Shown here: positions 59,897 to 64,000 of the stretch, one piece after another | How positions within the stretch are numbered: position 1 is the first letter of the stretch | How the letters are laid out: each line of letters begins with the position of its first letter | Source of the DNA: Thermodesulfobacteriota bacterium | GTDB lineage: Bacteria > Desulfobacterota > Desulfarculia > JACQYL01 | Assembly: GCA_963675595.2 (NCBI GenBank) | Contig: CAXXLZ010000002.1 | Span: 4,512,001 to 4,576,000 of the forward strand | DNA: 64,000 bases | Reading direction: 5' to 3' | Notes under the pieces: model-generated | The model's input: only the letters and a program-made list of their open reading frames with translations | Database searches by the model: none | Told to the model about the DNA's origin: nothing | Position numbers and translations under genes: made by a program

Positions 59897-61204
59897 GTGT
59901 GGATCACTGAGAAGGGACGCGCGATCCATCCAGCATCATTCCGGAGATTAAGTGCAGTGACAGCCCAGTATCAAAAGAAGCTCGGAGAACTGGCCAAAGA
60001 GGTGATTTCGGTGTTGGTGGCGCTCAGTAAGCAGGGAGTGCCGCTCACCGCTGAGACCCTGGCCAAGAGCATGGAGGAACGGCCCGGCGTCGACCGGGTC
60101 CTTTATCAGGTTTCCAAACTGCGGCCCATGAACGGATGGGAGGCGTTCGAAGGGAGCGCAAAGGAATTGGAGCCGTGGGTGGAAAGGCTGCGACAGGCTT
60201 TGGAGCGGGTGGTGAACCATCTGCAGTTGCCGGAGAATTCGGTCTTTTCCATGCGGGTTCATAAACTGGGCCGAAAGCTTGCCCAGAGCATGACACTGCA
60301 CGAGCTTGACCGGGTGGAGAACCAGGTCCAGGAGCTTCTGAGGGATTTCAGGGACGAGATTTCGAAAGAGCAACAGAAGCTCACCGAGTTGCTCTACGAA
60401 GTGGCTCTGGACCTTGTGGAAACGGAGAGGGAATATATTTCCAACTTGGTCAGGGAGAATGAACATCTGGAGGGAGGCAAGTTTTTCGCCGAAGAGGTCG
60501 ACCGAAACGTTACGGATATAGAGGCCTCAATTTGGCAGGAAGACGGGTTCGGCAAGCTGCGTGAACTCGTTCGGGACCGTATCAGGTCGGTTCGACAGGC
60601 GATCATGGATCGACGCATGAAAGAGGAGGAACTCGCCCGGGAATTCCAGGAAAAGATGTCGGTTCTTCGAGGTCAGATGGAAGTGAGCAATAAGGAACTT
60701 ATCGACATCCAGCGGAAGGCCGAAGAAGACCCTCTGACGGGTTTGCTGAATAGGAGGGCCTTGAACCGTCGACTAAAAACGCTCCTTGACGAGGTCGAGA
60801 GAACGGGACCCAATGGGGCCTGCATCATGATGGACATTGATTGGTTCAAGAAAGTCAATGATCGGTATGGACATTTGAACGGCGACAAGGTGCTGACGGC
60901 CATCGGTGCATGCCTGAAATCCAATCTGAAACCTAAAGACGCGGCGTGCCGATACGGTGGTGAAGAATTTTCGATCCTGCTTCCCGAAGCCAATCTGGAG
61001 GAAGCTTTCAGGATAGCGGATCATCTGAGAGAAAAGGTGAAGAAGCTGGAATTCGTATACAAGGGTGAGAAAATTCCCGTGACGATCAGCGGCGGAATAA
61101 CGGATTTCAGGAAAGGCGACACGGCCGAGGAAGTGCTTCAACGGGCGGACAAGGCTCTTTACGAGGCGAAGAGGGAAGGCCGGGACCAAATACGGGTCGG
61201 GTGA
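59897..61204 (+). CDS. Diguanylate cyclase with a coiled-coil N-terminus
   Basis: DPLTGLLNRR, DIDWFKKVND.YGH..GD, RYGGEEF and ADKALY.AK..GR. Confidence 0.94.
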   Translation: MWITEKGRAIHPASFRRLSAVTAQYQKKLGELAKEVISVLVALSKQGVPLTAETLAKSMEERPGVDRVLYQVSKLRPMNGWEAFEGSAKELEPWVERLRQALERVVNHLQLPENSVFSMRVHKLGRKLAQSMTLHELDRVENQVQELLRDFRDEISKEQQKLTELLYEVALDLVETEREYISNLVRENEHLEGGKFFAEEVDRNVTDIEASIWQEDGFGKLRELVRDRIRSVRQAIMDRRMKEEELAREFQEKMSVLRGQMEVSNKELIDIQRKAEEDPLTGLLNRRALNRRLKTLLDEVERTGPNGACIMMDIDWFKKVNDRYGHLNGDKVLTAIGACLKSNLKPKDAACRYGGEEFSILLPEANLEEAFRIADHLREKVKKLEFVYKGEKIPVTISGGITDFRKGDTAEEVLQRADKALYEAKREGRDQIRVG

Positions 61205-61385
61205 ATGCGGGTCCCGTACGGGAGACTTTTTCGCGGAAAGCCGAGGGACGTTTCTTCGGCGCCGTCGGTACGGTCGGACACGATGGAACCGATGGTGACC
61301 GCCTTCCTGCGAAACTCGGATACCCTCTTCCGATGGTCGGCATGGAAGGGGGTTCGTGCGGCTTTGAGCGCGGAGTCTCGGACAA

Positions 61386-61625
61386 TCAGGAACCGGCCGT
61401 GTCGAAGGCTCCCTGTTCAATATTCTCTGCGATGTCCTTTAACGCTTTGGAGGTGAAATCCTTCCCTTGTTGCCGGATCATCAGAGTGGCGCCGAAAATC
61501 ACGAGTGAAGGGGCGATCTGAAGGAGGAGTTCCGAATCTCCCGAATTTCCGAATCGCTCGATTACGGGTTGGATCGCGTCGAGTAGCGCGGTTGCCACCT
61601 GTTCGTTGGGACCTTTTTCCGTCAT
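61386..61625 (-). CDS. Small hypothetical protein (79 aa)
   Basis: GAGAGGAAG RBS before ATG; protein-like helical composition; no motif recognised. Confidence 0.55.
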   Translation of the reverse strand: MTEKGPNEQVATALLDAIQPVIERFGNSGDSELLLQIAPSLVIFGATLMIRQQGKDFTSKALKDIAENIEQGAFDTAGS

Positions 61626-61764
61626 ATTCTTCCTCTCTTTTCTCCGGGCTTACGGCCCGATATCCCTTCCCAAAAGATGTCCGTTTCATGAGGCCCCCCA
61701 TTATGGGAGCCGGGAAGCATGATACGCCTTCGGACCGGCAAGCTCAAGGCAAGTCCGGACAGGC

Positions 61765-63497
61765 CAGCGATTCTCGGTGTTGAGAATTTGGGTGTGTTTA
61801 GGGAGATTTTGCCTTTGTAGAGATGCGAGGATAGGTGGAACGAGGGTCCGATTTTGCGCATGAGAGGGGAAAAAGCGTGGTGAGGCAGAGGGAAGACCGG
61901 AGTTTTTTGGACCGAAGGCGCACCGGTCCCATCAAAGTTCGGACCTTTGTTTGTGACCGATGGGTTATAGGAGGCCTTTTCGCCTCAGGGGGGACGGGCG
62001 CTTTCGGGGTCCAGGACCAAAGCCAACAGGTCTTCCCACGACTCGAATACCAGAATCCGGATCGTGCAACGCAGCTGATTCCAGTACTCGGTTCGAGCAC
62101 TGAATCCCGCCCGGCATTTTTGGTACAAGGGGTCCGTCAACTCGAAAATCTGATGGAAGAAAAAAGCCACCAAGTTCAGAAGGAAAAAGACGTAAGAGAG
62201 TTGATTCTTGCCGTGACCGAAATTGTGCTCGATATGATACCCTTGGTTCTTCAGTGTATTGAATCCTTCGTTTTCGATTTTCCATCGGGCTCTGCCGATC
62301 CTGACCAGTTCCGCCACGTTTTCCGCGTCAACCGGCATGTCCGTGACCCAGCTGTTCCGGTAGGTGATCTTTCCTCCATTCTCCAGACGGTAGGCAAAAA
62401 AATGGAGGTCGGGGGCATCTTCGTTTCCGTTGAGAGGCACGCCATGGACCCATTCGTAGCTATGCACCCGTTTCTTGTCGTCGGTGATCTCCAGGCCCGC
62501 GATCTCTTGCATCCCCCGGAGTTCTTCGATCCACTCGAAGAGCACTTTGTGGTCCGCGGGTTTGGCGACCAGCACAAAGGACATGCTCGCCCGCTTCAGC
62601 TCGGCGATGAAAGGCTGTTTGGAATACAGTCCGTCACCGCCGATAATGATGTTGAGTTTGGGATGGTCCCGGCGGATGGCTTTCAATATCCGCTTCCCCG
62701 CGTTGATCTCACAATCCTGTTTTTGGACTCCATCCTTGTTCTGGATCGATTCCGGAGCCAAAGGCACGACTTGACGGCGATCCGGGTGGACCAGAGCCGC
62801 TTGCAGGATTTGATGGTGGTAGCGAATCCGTCCTTTGGAGGATTTTTGAACTAGACATCCGGGACAATGGATGGTTTCCGAGGAGAAATATTCCGACCCG
62901 TCGATCACAATGAGGTATCGGCCATCGAGAACCTGAAACGATTCCAGATGCTTGCCTCGCTGCAAGCGTCGGAAGAAATCGGAGAAGACGGCCTTGATCT
63001 CTCCCGGATCACTCGCGTCGATCACGTCCCGCAGTTGCGTGTCCCCGGGCATCTCCGTCACGGAGAACAAGGTCTTGAGGTTGTCGCGGTGAGTCCGTTC
63101 CTTCAGTCTGCGTTGGAACTGCAGGAGCGAGGGGTCCTGAAAGTACATCATGGCAAAGGCGCTCATCAGACAATCGTGCAAAGAATAAACCGTCCGTCCC
63201 CCTCGCGGGTCCCCGACCTGCTCGAACCGACGGGACAGCGCCTTTCTCAAAGACACGAAGCTGAGGTGCTTCTTCATGTGCACCCTGGTAACCTCTACAT
63301 ATAGTATTCAATCTAATAAAGGCTACCATATATACACCAAAAGATCTACTTTAATTTCATACCTAATTCCAATAGGTTATGATCCTTCCGAAAGAAGGCT
63401 GTACTCGAACCGGCATCGCCGCTTTACGAAAAAATATTCTCGAATCAGCCTTATGTCCCTCGGCTTCGCCGACTATCTTTTTCACCGGGAATTGCTG
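61765..63497 (-). mobile_element. Complete insertion sequence (1733 bp, DDE type, ISNCY/IS4-ISAs1-like)
   Basis: TIRs CAGCGATTCTCGGTG (61765-79) and CACCGGGAATTGCTG (63483-97) match 13/15; 9-bp target duplication CGGACAGGC at 61756-64 and 63498-506. Confidence 0.92.
61985..63283 (-). CDS. DDE transposase
   Basis: IDGS, GDGLY and RARWKIENEGFNTLK (R-x2-W-x-IEN), HNFGHG; uninterrupted 432-aa ORF. Confidence 0.92.
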   Translation of the reverse strand: MHMKKHLSFVSLRKALSRRFEQVGDPRGGRTVYSLHDCLMSAFAMMYFQDPSLLQFQRRLKERTHRDNLKTLFSVTEMPGDTQLRDVIDASDPGEIKAVFSDFFRRLQRGKHLESFQVLDGRYLIVIDGSEYFSSETIHCPGCLVQKSSKGRIRYHHQILQAALVHPDRRQVVPLAPESIQNKDGVQKQDCEINAGKRILKAIRRDHPKLNIIIGGDGLYSKQPFIAELKRASMSFVLVAKPADHKVLFEWIEELRGMQEIAGLEITDDKKRVHSYEWVHGVPLNGNEDAPDLHFFAYRLENGGKITYRNSWVTDMPVDAENVAELVRIGRARWKIENEGFNTLKNQGYHIEHNFGHGKNQLSYVFFLLNLVAFFFHQIFELTDPLYQKCRAGFSARTEYWNQLRCTIRILVFESWEDLLALVLDPESARPP

Positions 63498-63549
63498 CGG
63501 ACAGGCAAGTCCGGGTGGGAGGTTTGCGGGCTTCTCACGAGGAAGTCCG

Positions 63550-64000
63550 ATGCACAAAGGAGTTGGTTTGGAAAGCAGTGGAATGCAGACGGCGGAAGCC
63601 GCAGAGCGGCCGGGCGGAGCGCTGTGTGTGCGGGTTGGGTGGTTGCTCGACGGCGCCGGCTCGCCCGTGGTGAAAGATGTGACCGTAATCGTCGAGGCCG
63701 GTTTGGTACGGGCCGTGGAACCCTGGGCCGAAGACGCGCGTGGATCAGCGGAGGCACCGGATCTGTCCTCACACACGGTTCTGCCCCTCCTCATGGACAG
63801 CCACGTACACCTGACCATGTCCGGGGACGGGGATCCGATCTTGCGGCGAGAGCAGCTGCAGTTGGATTATGAAGGTGCGCGCCGGATCATGGAGAGGCAT
63901 CTTCGTGAGCATGAAGACCACGGTGTGGCCGCGGTTCGGGACGGGGGGGACTACGGAGGCTTCACTCTGAGATATCGGAAGGAATTGGAAGAAAAGGCCG
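63550..64000 (+). CDS. Amidohydrolase family protein (truncated by the window end)
   Basis: Open frame from ATG 63550: WLLDGAG, TVLPLLMDSHVHL (D-x-H-x-H) and GVAAVRDGG. Confidence 0.85.
   Translation, partial: MHKGVGLESSGMQTAEAAERPGGALCVRVGWLLDGAGSPVVKDVTVIVEAGLVRAVEPWAEDARGSAEAPDLSSHTVLPLLMDSHVHLTMSGDGDPILRREQLQLDYEGARRIMERHLREHEDHGVAAVRDGGDYGGFTLRYRKELEEKA

Noticed and set aside
61835-62854. 339-aa plus-strand ORF inside the IS as a passenger gene
   Set aside because: Mostly antisense to the transposase, with no motif.

Overview
A GC-rich bacterial chromosome segment. Gene content and intergenic repeats suggest an anaerobic Desulfobacterota/Syntrophobacterales-type organism (inference). 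From left to right: an orphan TAXI-type TRAP binding protein; a minus-strand ubiX - ubiD - ABC-2 exporter - membrane-anchored methyltransferase string; a multi-REC/PAS hybrid kinase; a LIV-type ABC transporter with an acyl/aryl-CoA ligase; pspF/pspABC with a complete sigma54/IHF/UAS control region; a UroD/MtaA-family enzyme with a TRAP transporter and a hydrolase; a full branched-chain amino-acid operon (cimA-leuA-leuC-leuD-ilvD-ilvB-ilvN-ilvC-leuB); rhodanese and MauE genes; hydantoinase/oxoprolinase A/B; trmO; a cold-shock gene; an MCP; an aryl-polyene (ape)-like cluster; mce; a diguanylate cyclase; a complete 1733-bp IS with terminal inverted repeats and a 9-bp target duplication; and the start of an amidohydrolase. 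The main surprises are (1) a UbiD-family prFMN decarboxylase with an apparent Sec signal peptide, next to UbiX and an exporter; (2) an unannotated 33-aa Ile/Leu/Val-rich leader peptide with terminator/antiterminator in front of cimA; (3) an ape-like tailoring/export cluster with no ketosynthase or starter enzyme; and (4) three families of structured intergenic repeats, one showing stem covariation. No rRNA, tRNA or CRISPR array was recognised. Product calls rest on motifs recognised by eye, not on database searches.
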